In this document: positions 37,265 through 50,413 of the stretch, in pieces
Numbering within the stretch: the stretch's first letter is position 1
How the letters are laid out: each line of letters starts with the position of its first letter
Assembly (NCBI GenBank): GCA_964187785.1
Contig: OZ076409.1
Coordinates: forward strand, 47,680,001-47,744,000
Direction of reading: 5' to 3'
Source: Amphiscolops sp. MND2022
Taxonomy: Eukaryota
DNA length: 64,000 nucleotides
Made by a program: the position numbers and the translations under genes
The notes under the pieces: generated by a model
The model's database searches: none
Told to the model about the DNA's origin: nothing
Seen by the model: only the letters and a program-made list of their open reading frames with translations

Positions 37265-38134
37265 GTTAGTAATTTTGACGACCTCTTGTTTCTACTTGTG
37301 TGTCGACAGGATTCACACTGAATAAGGAAAAAAACACTGAATTTCCTCACATTATGATAAAATACAGAAGATTTCACATATACGAGGGCAGTGTAAAAAT
37401 TCAAATTAATGGTAATAATGACAATTATTGTGAATTAATTATTCAAACTATTATTTAAACCGATACTCACTTCAACATTTCCGGCTATATTGCTATCTAT
37501 CGACTTGACTTATGAACTTCTCAGTAAAATATTTCTTTAGTCTCTTCTTCAGTGTATCATACGTTTGATACGATGGGTAGGATATGATGGGTGATTGACA
37601 ATTTTCAAATTTTGCTATCCTGCTGTAATGAAATTTTTTCACGCAGCTTTATATTACGGAAGTGATCTATTCATCAACTCCTTTTTTCGTGAGTTCTTGA
37701 AAATTTCAATGCGTGAGTACAAAAGTGAAAGTTTTTGAATGGCTGTTCATTGAAAAACTGTTCATTTCAAGAAGTAAAATGTACATAAAATCGAAAAAAT
37801 ATTGGAAAATTGTAGTAGGAACTATCTGGTATCTGGTTGATAACAGCTAGAAAAAGCTCTGAAATATCCGGTATCTAGTATCCGGCAAATTGTTACCCGG
37901 TTACCACCCTACTTGACAGTGTTTGTTTCATTTTAGGCCATTTACAAGATGGTGGGATCCGTGATCAAAATGCCTGAAGATGAACAGACTCCTCTGCAAA
38001 GAACCAACAAGATTTTCAAACAGATGGACAAAAACCTCGACGGTAAACTGTCTCTGGACGAGTTCATACAGGGTGCTCGCAGTGATCCCTCCATCGTGAG
38101 ACTGTTGCAATGCGACCCCAGTGGAATCTCATAA
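36887..38134 (+). CDS. NCALD: Neurocalcin/hippocalcin-like neuronal calcium sensor, 191 aa; coding exons 36887-37264 and 37937-38134
   Basis: N-myristoylation start [41 protein letters not shown]-hands [36 protein letters not shown]; phase-0 intron ACT|GTTAGT...ttttag|GCC. The symbol names the NCALD/HPCA/HPCAL1 group, not a specific paralogue. Confidence 0.93.
37937..38134 (+). CDS. NCALD: Neurocalcin coding exon 2
   Basis: [19 protein letters not shown]...[15 protein letters not shown], then stop; AATAAA at 38415 and near 39172. Confidence 0.93.
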   Translation, partial: AIYKMVGSVIKMPEDEQTPLQRTNKIFKQMDKNLDGKLSLDEFIQGARSDPSIVRLLQCDPSGIS

Positions 38135-40689
38135 CATCCTCACCCACTAACCTCATTCATGTATACCTTCTCCACCACCCCCCCCCCTTGCTCCCCCTAA
38201 GACTGCACTCCCAGCGAGACACAAAGTGGAACACCCGAAAAACTAACCAAAACGCTCAATATGACTTCTTACCCAAAACTAGTTTGTTTGACTACTTCAT
38301 TCAAGTAAGTGCTCAACTGATTTTGGTTTCATCATAGCTCGCCTGCTTAGACTGACGAACACAAACGGCGCCTGTTTTGATTCATCGTTTTTTGAAGTTG
38401 GTGACAATTTGTGCAATAAATAAAATGACCTCGATGTTGTTTACTAGCAAAAGTGTTTTTAATAATGTGGTTAATCAGTGAAATTTTGAGTAATGATGAA
38501 CTTTCAGATTTTCGCAATCAGTTAGATGGGTTAGATATTCTGAAATATTCGATGTATTTCCGCTGTTGATTGCTGGTGAATTTAACGCTTATAGTTAGTT
38601 GTTGCTACTGCTGTTAAAGGTACAATTTGTCAGTCACAGTGCTACACGAGCGTCGCAGTTTGCCTTCACATTTATTATAGGCTTGCATAATTTTGGTCTT
38701 TTTCGTCTGTTTTTGATGGAAGTCAAATCACAAGTGTCATGTGTTTTCAAGTGTGACTGAGTAATGTGGTCACCATGACTATATAGTGAGGGGTTTTGCT
38801 AGTACGTAAGTGGGCGTGGTGCAAACAAAGGTCACGGAAATTAAAGGTCAAAGTGCTTCTGAACTAATTGATCCCATCCAAATAATAGACCAATTTATTT
38901 TGAACATGAGACCTCTGCTCACATGCAATAGGGTGCAATTGAATATTCTTTCTTTCATTTGGCCTCTCTGTATGTTGTTTCTTCGTTCTATCTTTTCTAT
39001 TTTTATTGCTGCCATCTTTGAATGGTCGCCTTCTCACTGTAGTAGTTGGCTGCCTGTTTTCTCAAATGACGTCATCTCAGTCCTCATCCTCTTTCTTCAT
39101 GTTCGCCCTTTAGTGTACATGCCCCGCCCACTCCTGAAATCTTTCAATTGTGAATCAACTCAGCTGGTATGAATAAATAATTTTTAGATTCATTATTTTG
39201 CTAAGTAACTTAATTTGCCGATGCCTTCGAGAAGAATAAATATTTTATTGATGAAACATTTCTTTTCTAATTTTCCAAGCGCGTGATGAACAGAAAATGC
39301 AAAAAACGACAAGTCCGAAGTTTTTCTGCACCAAAGCTGGTATTGAGTACTGTAACACCGTGGCCACTTGAAAAGATTTACCCACCGATGTGATTTTGGC
39401 CGATGTTTTTACGGGAGCTGCTGCTAGCAAATTGCTAGTAGCAATGGATAAAGTCATGCTTGACCGAACAAACGTCATTCATTTGATGTTTACATACTTG
39501 GGTACTTATTTCTACGATGAAAAATCTGACGGATGTCATTGAAATTACTAGAAATTTAAAAATAGAAATTGGGAAATTACGGTAGCGTCTCCATTGAAAT
39601 TTCGGAACAAGATTGTGAACTTTAAAGCTACAATCTTGAGGATAGACTTCATAAATCTTTATTCATTCCAGAGTACAATTCATTGTTATTCTACGATGAA
39701 ATCTTTCGTTTAAGTACCTTCGATCCAATATTGACACGGTACAAAAACAATTTGATTTTTAGCTATATCAATCATAGTTGCTGTAACTGCGATAAGTTAG
39801 CTAAATAGTAATTTCAATAATTTAAGTTTTGGGACTGACAGTAAATTTACTTCGGCCTTTTTCAATGAGGAGATTCACATTTCCGGTGAAACAAATTACC
39901 ATAAACTCTAGTGCTTTTCGAAAGCAATTTTCCTGCGTCTACTAGAAGTAATATCAACTGGCACGATCACGTCAAATACATGTAGTTTTGAGAACATATG
40001 CTATTTCTTATCGATAGGAAATATTTTATGAATTCCCTGAAAGGACAAATGTTTTCAAACAAATAGTGTTGTTTTCTGGCGCAATGCCTGAAAAACATTT
40101 TCGAAATATGAGCTCAAATCACCTGTCACTGCAAAAGAGTCTTAATTTGAAAATATAATCTCAACTTGTGTATCTCCTATTTTAGTGCTCAAGAAGTTTG
40201 ACGAAAGCGACTGTAAAACGTTCTGCGGTCACGACGCGTCTGAAAGTCTCGTGATTTTTCACTTATTTGCTGTTTCGGAACACGTTTTGTGCATGTCTAA
40301 GTATCAACATAAGGCGGAGAAAAGTAGAACAATGCCAGCCGTTTTCAGTTGAAAAATGTCTTGCTAATTATCAGGTCTTGCTTCAGCTAGACAACTATTG
40401 CAACTGGCCAGGACTTTCTTGTTTAAATACTGTGGCATATGTCAAAATAAACCAGACAGTAGTAATGCACCTGCCCGAACTTTCACTGGGACTGTACTCA
40501 CTCTCATGTCATTACAGTGTGTGACGCTGAAAATTTAATGAACGACATTCAAAATTTAGGAACCAATCAGGTGAAAGATTGAATTCATTGAAAGAATAGT
40601 CAACTTTCAACAAATATTCAAAATTTCAACGTTTACAGCACCGAATGATTATAAAACTGCAAAAATTAGCTTGAGTTATTACAAAGATT

Positions 40690-41190
40690 CGTGTCCGTTT
40701 AAGTTCGCCACTTTTAAGTTCGCCACATATAAGTTAGCCCGTAAATCTTAGCCATATTTAATTTAGCCACCATATATGTTCGCCACATACAAGTTCGCCA
40801 CATTTTCGGCCAATCAAATTCGAGCATTCAAAATTACGATAACGTAGTCAGATATGTTCACATACCCCTAGTGCCCTAAATGCAGGAGCGAAGCGAAGCG
40901 GAGCGACGTGCCATATGGCCATGCCTCAATGTTGCTACTTGGCGAAGGGAGCAAAGCGACCGAGCCATACAACAAGTATGCTAATCGCCACTAAATATAA
41001 CCAATTGAAAATAATCGCTGATATGGAATTCTTTCATTAGCTGAAATGTGGCGAAAATAAACGTGGCGATCTTATATGGTGGCTAACTTAAACGTGGCGA
41101 TCTTATATGGTGGCTAACTTAAACGTGGCTAAGTTTTACGGGCTAACTTATACGTGGCGAACTTAAATATGGCGAACTTACAACGGCACC
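40690..41190. mobile_element. Foldback-like MITE with long sub-repeated TIRs
   Basis: Arms made of AAGTT(C/A)GCCAC sub-repeats in inverted orientation; 8-bp TSD CAAAGATT (40682-40689, 41191-41198). Confidence 0.88.
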
Positions 41191-42065
41191 CAAAGATTAC
41201 ATCGTCACAGATTGAAGTTTGCGTTTAAAGTAGAAAACAGAACTAGAATACATTCTCACTTTTGCACAACGTTTTCAAAAAGAATGCAACAGGGATGAAA
41301 AAACACCATCGAGTTCGAAAAAAAATATTACAGACAGCATAAGCTCTTGCGAGGAAACAGCAGACAAGAACACTATGATCACAAAAAAAGGTAATCGAAG
41401 AATTCAGGGATGAATTGGAAGTCTGAATGAAAGATATCTTCATCATCTGGGTATTGGGCGGAGCTGGTGTAACAGACGAGAAAGACCGTTACAGACAATG
41501 ATCCAAACCGAATAGGTATTACAACTATATCATCTTTTCTTTGTACATTTCATACCGGAATGGAATTAATTCCACAGCAGGCCCAGTTCAATGTGACGCC
41601 TGCCGAACTAGGTGCCTCAAAATGCCTATCATTGATAGGTCGGTCAGCAAGGGACTACGAATTATAAAAACTAAAATGAACCAAACTACAATTGAGACTA
41701 TCACAGATTTAACATGTATGACAGATTACACGATTTAGAAAACTGAAACGAGGGAAGAAGCCTGGAACATGTGCGGGAGTGACAAAATAAAAAGAAATGA
41801 TCAGAAAAGCCTGGTTTCAAAAAGACAAAGAAGATCCAGGACTACACGAAGACAAAGTGAGAAGCCAACTGTTGCAGCAAATGCTGAATGCCCGAGTGGT
41901 CGAAACAACACACCTGCCTAACCAATTCCGTTGAATGGAGAATGCAGAAAGTAGGGACACTGAGATTTGTAGATGACCCAAAAGAACACAGTCCCAATGA
42001 GAAACCACGTCATCACGTGAAGCAGATAAGTAGGATTACAACAAATTTCAAAACTTACCAACAGA

Positions 42066-43730
42066 TGTCGCAGGCTGCCGCCTGTGACGGTACTACAGTA
42101 ACAACTACGGCCGAGGAACAAGAAATTGCACCCGGAATGCTGCCAACCTTCTAATATCAAAAACTAACAAACATTTCACTAAACGGGAATTTACCTTATT
42201 TTACATCCTAACATACTCTTTTGTAATATCAATATTCTATAGAACGCTTTGTTATTAGTCTGTTAACATTCAAGTAGAAATGCTCAAAATGAGGTTTGAA
42301 CTGGCGAAGCAGTGATTGAAACATGTAGTGCAATAGTATGCTGAAGCTGAAGGCAACTCATTAGCAGTAAAGGAAAAGAGTTCAAATAGGATAAAGTGCT
42401 ATTCCGGCGACGTTGCTTGCGCACGTCGTTTGAACCAATCACGTTTCACCATTCGCTATGCTAATTTTATACTTTTATACTAATGGCCGAGTAAGGCCTT
42501 TTCACGTTGCTGAACAGTACATGAAAGGAACACGGTTAAATGGCTAGTTCCGTCTATTTCTTGTGATATGCTAAAATAATAATCACCATTACTCACAATC
42601 AAATAGTACCAATGATCTTAGTACTTTTCAGGACTGACTAATATTTTGCGCAGATTAATTGCTATTCATCGTTGCTTAATTTTGAAAGATTAATTTGTGT
42701 GCTTTTGTTGGATGAAAATTATTTGCTATTCGTGTGTCAAATGGCCGGATTAGGCTGATTTCATGTAATATTATATGACATGATGTTGTACAGTCATGAC
42801 GCTCTAGATAACCCTCCGACCACACGTGTATAAAGGAATGTAACTTTGGAATGTGTAAGGTGTGGTCTAACATTGATGTGTCAGTGTTATTTGATATTGA
42901 TATGTTAACATCTTGCGCTGTTTGTATACATAACCGTTCAAATTCCTTTGATGAGTACTAACCTTGTGACGTAGGATTTTGATATTTGCTGATCTCATAA
43001 TTTGTGAAAAATGTGATTGTCATGGCTCAAAGAGTATATATTCCTTCGACTCCTTGGGCTTGACACACAATTCCTACGAACTTGAGAGATTTCACTACGT
43101 TTGATCAAAATATAACTTTTTGATGAATTAATTTAATTGTTACTATCGGGTTTCTTGATGCCTACTACAAGAAAGCAAAAGAAAGCAAGCAAATCTAGAG
43201 AAGTAGATGTGCTATCTAACATAGAAAATCTCGAGGTTATGTTAGGTGGAAATCACTTAGCAAGGGACGAGAGCGAAATTAGTAATCACGGCAGTAGGCC
43301 TGAAAGTCCCAGCTATGACACATTACTAAATCAAAATGGCAATTCTCACCATAACTCTCATGAAACAGTAAATAGGACTTTTGCCCAAAATGGACAAAGT
43401 TCAAGGGAAGCAGATTCGGGCAGTGAATTTAATAGGCTGTCAGGAGTGTTAAACCAAAGAATAACCGAGGAATGAGTGATTTCATGAGCACAGTAAGTTC
43501 TCAGATTCTGATTGCCATAAATGAGGCTATTAGTGGCCAGATACTGCCTCAGATACAAGCTACTCTGAAATCCGGACAAGGACCTATCCCTGAACGGAGG
43601 TGGGAGAATCCGGCTTGAAGACCGGAATACAGATCTGGAGAAGCTTTGGACCGTAGGTTTAGAAGCGACTCCAGTGATGAGTGCTACAGGTTTCCAAATA
43701 GAAACAAAGACCTAGAGAGTACTCATGACA
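42066..43730 (+). mobile_element. Solo LTR (1665 bp) with an internal broken ORF
   Basis: TGTC...GACA termini flanked by the 5-bp duplication ACAGA (42061-42065, 43731-43735); it interrupts the gag-protease region of the host gypsy element. Confidence 0.7.
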
Positions 43731-44459
43731 ACAGATGTACAAAAAACATTTACAAGACTACGCTTTTGGGTTATACCGTACCAATCAAAGTTTTAACAAA
43801 CAATGGAACACCAGTCACGCTAATACCAGAATGTGTACTCAACAACAGCATCGAATTGAGACAGTTAAAACCAATTATGGAGAATATAAATGAATAAAAT
43901 ACAAAAAACATCAAGCTTGATATTGATGGACAAACAAAAGCTTTCGTGGAAACAATCAAAGAGACACTGGAACTGCCGCTCCTGGAACCGAAAACCCAAA
44001 TTTCACTGGTGATAGGACACGATTGAATGCAGCAACATATCAGCAGAAATTATAACAAAACAGAACAAAAACTTGACAATATCTAGAACAATAGTTGAAG
44101 GCTGAAAGACGAACTGAAGGCGTGATTCTTCTACAATCACAAAAGAAAAAAACAAGGCGGTGAAAACTATCCTGATAGAAGATGCTACAAAAAAGAAGAC
44201 CAGTTTTGATACTCTGACAAGATCGAGTGGACAATGAAGTAAAACGTTTATTAGACAAGATATTCGAAGAAAGACACGGAAATAACGGAATTTTGTTTTG
44301 CGAGTCCGACCGTGACAAAACTGGAAAAAAACAAGTCAGACGAATAGCTCCAGATTCCGAAAACATAACAAAATGACAATGAAACAAAAATCAAAACTGC
44401 TGAATACGGAAGTATAAAGTTCCAGAATACCACGTGAAACATCTGAAAGCAATGATAGG

Positions 44460-47400
44460 TGTTTCGCATCAAATCTCTCTTCACAGATCTGTACCAGCTT
44501 AGTTCCTTGTAAAAGAAACTAAATTTGAATCATTAACGTTTCTTCCTGAAAGTACCAACAGCAATATCTAACAGTAGCGCGGGTTGACATCATCATTAGA
44601 TATTTCATATGCAAAATAAGGAAATGAATCATTAATGAATTTCAAGTACTGAACATGTCGCCCGCCTTGATTTCCTCTTCGGAAATCAATCTAATTTCAA
44701 GTCAGTAGCTGGGCAGTGGCAGTTTTCGTAAGTTAGAACGGCTCGTTTTTAATCTCCACTCCTTGTCTTTACTTTACCAACCCTCGCAATGGAATCTCGC
44801 CCAACGTAAAGTTGCTTGACAGGTCCTAACGGCTATTGTTTTGGTGGAACATTGTCGTCAGTTATGTACAATAGATATCCAAGCTTTCGGTTGGGGACTT
44901 CAATTACTTCTTTCTTGGAGACTGGCGACATACACTTTACTCCATCGCTTCCAGAAATGTGTCAATTTTGCTTGGATACAAGCCCATCTTGTTTTTAAAG
45001 TTGCAATGCGAAATTGAGATTGCATCTTGGCTAACTTCTACTGTCGATGGCAAAGCTTCCAACTTTGCACCCATACATAACTCTGCTGGAGTGAGTGGTA
45101 ATTCATCTTTAGAATTATCACTCAGAAAACTAATGGGGCGAGAGTTCAAGACCATTTCAATCTGACAGAAAAGGGTCTGCAGTTCTCATAATTTAGGACA
45201 CATTTACCCATGACACGTCTCAGGTCTTTTTAGCGCTTTTTATGCCGCTTCCCACAAGCCATCAAAATGAGGAGCCCTGGGAAGAATAAATATCTAAACA
45301 ACTGACAATCCTGTTTAAAAAGCCTGCAAAGAATCGCTATGATTGGCTACAAGTAGCTTTTGAAGTTCGTTCAGCTCTGCTTGCGCTCCAGTGAAACTTG
45401 TTCCGTTATCGCTAAATATACTCTTGGGACAGCCTCGGCGTGAAACAAATCTTCGTAGTGCAGCAATAAAGCCTTGCGAACTCAAGTCGGACACTAACTC
45501 CAAGTGCACAGCACGGCTGGCAAAACAAATGAAAAATACCCTTTTCACAAATTTTATCCAACTTCGAGACTTCTATTTTACATAAAAATGGTTTTCCGAC
45601 ACCAACATCTTGGAATGCTCTAGTTGGATTATCTATTCATTCCTTCGGCAAGTCACCCATCAAAGGATTCATGTCTCTGGTTTGGAAGCCACAGCAAGAA
45701 ACACAGTTTCTGACAATTTTGCGTATCAAGTTTCTACACATGGGAATTGTTGCTATTTCGCTTTATCGTTGAGTCCTACCATTAGCTAAGCGTCCTCCAA
45801 CGCAGAGAACTCCATCAATCAGGAAAGGATACAGCATTTGAAATTTCTCTATTTTTTCACTTGTGGACTAGTTTGAAGCGTTTTTATTTCATCGGAGAAG
45901 AATTTTTTCTGCTCCTGTACGAGGAGGTTGTTCATGGCTTCAGTTAGCTCGCCGGTTATGATGGAATTGAGATACTTGGCTTCATAATTACAGACAGAGA
46001 TAAATCTTTTGACGTAAGCAACATTTCGGAGAATTCTTTTTGAGGAACGTTGCCTTGATGAATCAATAATGTCTTGAGATTCTGGAACTTGAGATAGGTT
46101 AACCAAAACTTTTCGTTTCATTTCGTCTTTCGTGGTAAGAATATCCATTTTCTTTGGCATTGCGCCGGGAATCAACCACTTAGGCCCCTTCCACCATAAA
46201 CTCAACTGTTTTGAACTGGAAGGATCTACCCTGTTTGCACAATCCGCAGGGTTTTCATGAGATGGTTCATGGTTCCATTTGAAATCAGCACATTCCTGAA
46301 TTTCTGCTATTGCTATTCTATTAGCAAAAAACGTAGACCAGGTATCTGCTTCTCAGTTCAGCCAACTAAAAACAATGGTAGAGTGCGTCCATGCGAATGT
46401 CTTGCCAATACTTAATTCCAATCTTTGTAATGATTTAACTGTTGATAAAAAAGTCGACATCCCAATAGAGCAGCACAAAGTTACAAACGAGGAATGGATT
46501 TTGATCCTATTGAGGCTACTTTTGACTTTGCGACAAGTGAAGTTTAGCTTCGCTCATCGTTGTTTTGCGAGACTACGAAACCACAAGCGGCAGAGTTCCG
46601 AAGCGTCACAAAATACATGGAGGTCAAAAATATCCAATTGATCCATTTTCAGAACGAATCTATCCTGTTCAATCAATTCAATACAACCAGGTTTTTCTCG
46701 CCTATCCACATATTCCTGCGGTAGGTCAACAGGCACGTTTTGATCCCAATCTAGTTTTGCAATCCACGCTTTTTGCATCAGGCACTTCATGGAAATTATG
46801 TCATGTGTTAACCAACCAAGAGGGTCAAATGTTTGATCAATGTCACTCAGCATTTGGCAATTGGCGATTGATTTTGCCTGCAAGGGTTTTGATTTCGAAA
46901 TGGTGAAGCGAAACTTATCAGACAAAGGGTTGCAAACAATTCCCAATGTCTTTTTTGTATATTATTCGTCTAGAAATTTGAAACTTTAATTTGCCTCCCT
47001 GTACTCAGGTGGGAGACACAGAACAAGTTCTGGGTCACTACTCGTCCATTTCCTCAAATTAAATTGAGCTTGCTTTAGAGTAGAGACTGAACCAAGTTGA
47101 AGTTCCTTTGCCTTTGATGCAGAACTAGCGCCAGTCAAAATATCATCAACGTTAAAACCACGCTGCAGTGCTTCTTAGACCTCTTTGGGAGTTGTTTCAA
47201 AGTTTGCACACTCTGATAAAGATCGAATGGAAGGATGAAAGATCGAATGAAAGGGTGAACTAGCTACACCATAGGTTACACTCATTCCAAAGGTCTAATT
47301 TTTTTTGCCCGAGAATCGCCAAAGTATACGATGAAAATATCAACCACATTTCTGTTATTCAACTTGATCGTACAGTTCAGCTACGTCTGCGGACATCGCT

Positions 47401-48998
47401 ATCTTGAAAAAACCGAATCGAACAAGAGTATCGAATTCTCTTGAAGATTCGGGCCTATCATTAGGCAACCATTCAAAGAGAAATCACTTGTTGTTTTTGC
47501 ACTTGCATCAAAAACAACTCGCAGTTTGGTTGTGGAACTATCTACCTTGAACACGCAATGATGAGGAAGATAAAAGTACTGAGGATTATTCAATTCTCCA
47601 TTTGGTACTTTTTTCATGTGTTGTAAGTCAAAAAACTCTTTTAAGAAGTCTGAGTACCTTTTGTGTAACTCAAGATCGCGTAGCAATTTTTTTCCAAAGT
47701 TAAAAACCGTCGCAAAGCGAGGTTTTTGCTCAAACCCAGTTTGAACTCTCCCTCATGGAAAGCCATTCGAACGACAAATCGACCTTCGGGATTGCGTTTT
47801 GTTGTATACTAAAAGTGATCCTCAGATTGGGTTTCTTCAAGAGTTAGAAGTTTGTGTTAAAGGACCAAAAGCTAGCGCCCAAAACTTACTTATATGTGAA
47901 TCAGTGGTCAGTGTCGTTGTAACATGACAAAAAAGTAATTAACTTCCAAATCAGCTGTCGTCGTTTTGATGGGACCAGATATAATCCAACCAAACATTGA
48001 TTCTCGCAAGTAAACACCGTTATCTTTTTCACGGTTTTCCAACATGACTTCTTCAGTGACGTGCTAGGCACATCAATAGTGCTAGGCACGGTGAAATGGG
48101 GATCGGCCATTTTCAAATTTTGAAAGTGCCGCGATTTTGTGTGACGGAATGTGGTTTGTAATCTTCGGTAATATAAACGAATTAACATCAATTTTCACTT
48201 GGAAGCCTTGCAATTTTTATTGAATAATGGCTCGTTAAGAAGCAAAAACAATCTTGTTCTGTGGCACGATATTTACAAAGAACTAATCTCTCTTCACAGA
48301 TCTGTACCAGCTTAGTTCTTTTAATATTTCTGCTTTAGCAGGAATATTATTGAAATCTGGAAACGCCTACTTTTTTTCAGAACAATTTTTCGGACGATCT
48401 GAATAATTCAGATATTGTGTTCGGCAGTGAGTGTAAGCGAGAGAGCTGCCGAAGACAATTCAATTCTAGTGCGATGGAACGACCGAGTGGTAATTACCCA
48501 TTCGTATGCTGACGTCATTGAGATGAAGCGAGCGAATGTTCGTAATTGTGCTTTCGTTGCCCCGAGTTATTGAGATGAAGCGAATGAGTGTTAATTATTC
48601 GTTCGTTGAGAGCTTCGCCTGCATTCAAATGCGAATGCGAAACTTCGTCTGCGCTTAGTAGTTATATTTTCTTTAGTCCGAGAAGAATTAAAGGCGGTGT
48701 AAACTTGTACAGTGATTAATTGTGCTCTAAGTAATGATTAAACAGGAGTGTATTGGTATTCCAGATATGATTATTTTATTAATGATTTTTTTGTTTCAAA
48801 AAAATAAAGATTAAAGCAGAAATAGTACTGAGCCCCGGAGGGGCCTATTTTGTAAAAGACATTACCTTTGAATCATTAACTTCTCTTACTAAAAGTTTCA
48901 ACAACATTGACTAATGAAAATGCGGGTTGAAACCATCATTATATGTTTCATATGCAAAATAAGGAAATGAATCATCAATAAATATCAAGTATTGAACA
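44460..48998 (-). mobile_element. Decayed Bel/Pao LTR retrotransposon
   Basis: Minus-strand pol pieces [89 protein letters not shown]. Related LTRs at 44460-44655 and about 48280-48998 begin TGTTCA on the minus strand. PPT-like CAAGGCGGGCGACA; near-TSD ATAGG/ATAGC. Confidence 0.9.
48319..48849 (+). mobile_element. HINE-like family B copy inserted in the Bel/Pao LTR
   Basis: The other LTR shows the empty site CTTAGTTCCTTGTAAAAG: insertion in a T-run with no visible TSD. Confidence 0.88.
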
Positions 48999-50413
48999 AT
49001 AGCTTCTTCAAAAAACTGAACTTGGTTTTGATTACGCCTATGAACAATCAAACTGGTTGAAGAAACAAGGAATCTGTGTAAATTCGTAACGTTTACAGAT
49101 TTATGCCATTTTGTAAAAAAAGTTTTAGGATTAGCGCATACAACCACACTTCTACAGAAACTGATCGACAAAACATTGTAATTCAAACACTCAGCATGGC
49201 TAGATGACATCATGATAGTTCCCAAATGCGACATAGGAAAACACGAATCGGAGATAGAAGAAAGACTAAAAGAGTTGAGTTTTCAAACACGAGAACGAAA
49301 GAGTTGGAAACAAAATTGACCAAAACTGAATCAGGGCACTCCAAAACAAAGGCAATAACAGAAAGTTTTATCCCGGAAAAAAAACGAAAAGATACACACA
49401 TTTTTCCTCGGTGCAATCCAATATCTGTCAAATTACATCGAAGATCTACCCACACACATAGATTTCAGAGAAAGCTAGTCAAGAAATAAAACTATTTGAT
49501 TTGGCCAGACGAACACGCCAAAGCTTTCAAAAAGTTGAAAAACTCACATCACAAATTCAAGTCCTAGGTCATTACAATCAAAACAACGACAATATACCAA
49601 TTACAGTTGCAAATACCATGGGATTGAGAGCGACAACATGGCCAGAACCAATGATGGAAGCTCAAAACCAATCAAAATTGGCCGCAATTTCTGGGACACT
49701 GAAAACAGAGACGCCACAATTGAACTGGAGCTACTTGGTGGTGTGGACAAAGGAACGTTTTGAAGTAAACTGTTACAAAAGCTCTGTTGAATTACTTAGC
49801 GATCACGAAGCGTTGGAACATTCAATTAAAAAGGATAGATCGAACAAAACTTACGGTGCTAGACTAACTAGATGGTTAAACAGATTGGCGCACAGTATCG
49901 ACAAGAAAAGAAAGCACATTGCAACTAACGTTTCTTGATTAATGGACTTTTCGAATAGAAATCTTGTAATTATTGCCGATCCAATCAAAAATTATGTTGA
50001 GGAGTACGTGATCAACTGCCGCTTTACAATTTTGATAGCCTGCCGAAGCCAGAAAGCCATTACCAAAAACGGACCAAATACAGCTTTCAGATGGATGTAA
50101 CGAGTAGTCAGTCTGAAAGCAGATACATACAGCAAACGTCAACGAGCACCAACAAGCAAAGCAATTGCAGTTCGTTGCTAGTATTTACACTGAAACTTAT
50201 CATCACTAATATCACAGAAAAAATGGACATAATACCAATGATGCTTTTGAGAATTGAATTGACAGTATATTAGGAAGAAATAGTGTAACCCGGTGATTAC
50301 AGAGTCTCAGACGGACAATGAAGAAGATATAACCCTCCAGGACATCACAGGGCCGAACGAAAACGCATAGAAGTTTCATTGAGGCCAAGGAGAAGTCGGA
50401 TACCGTGGGACAG

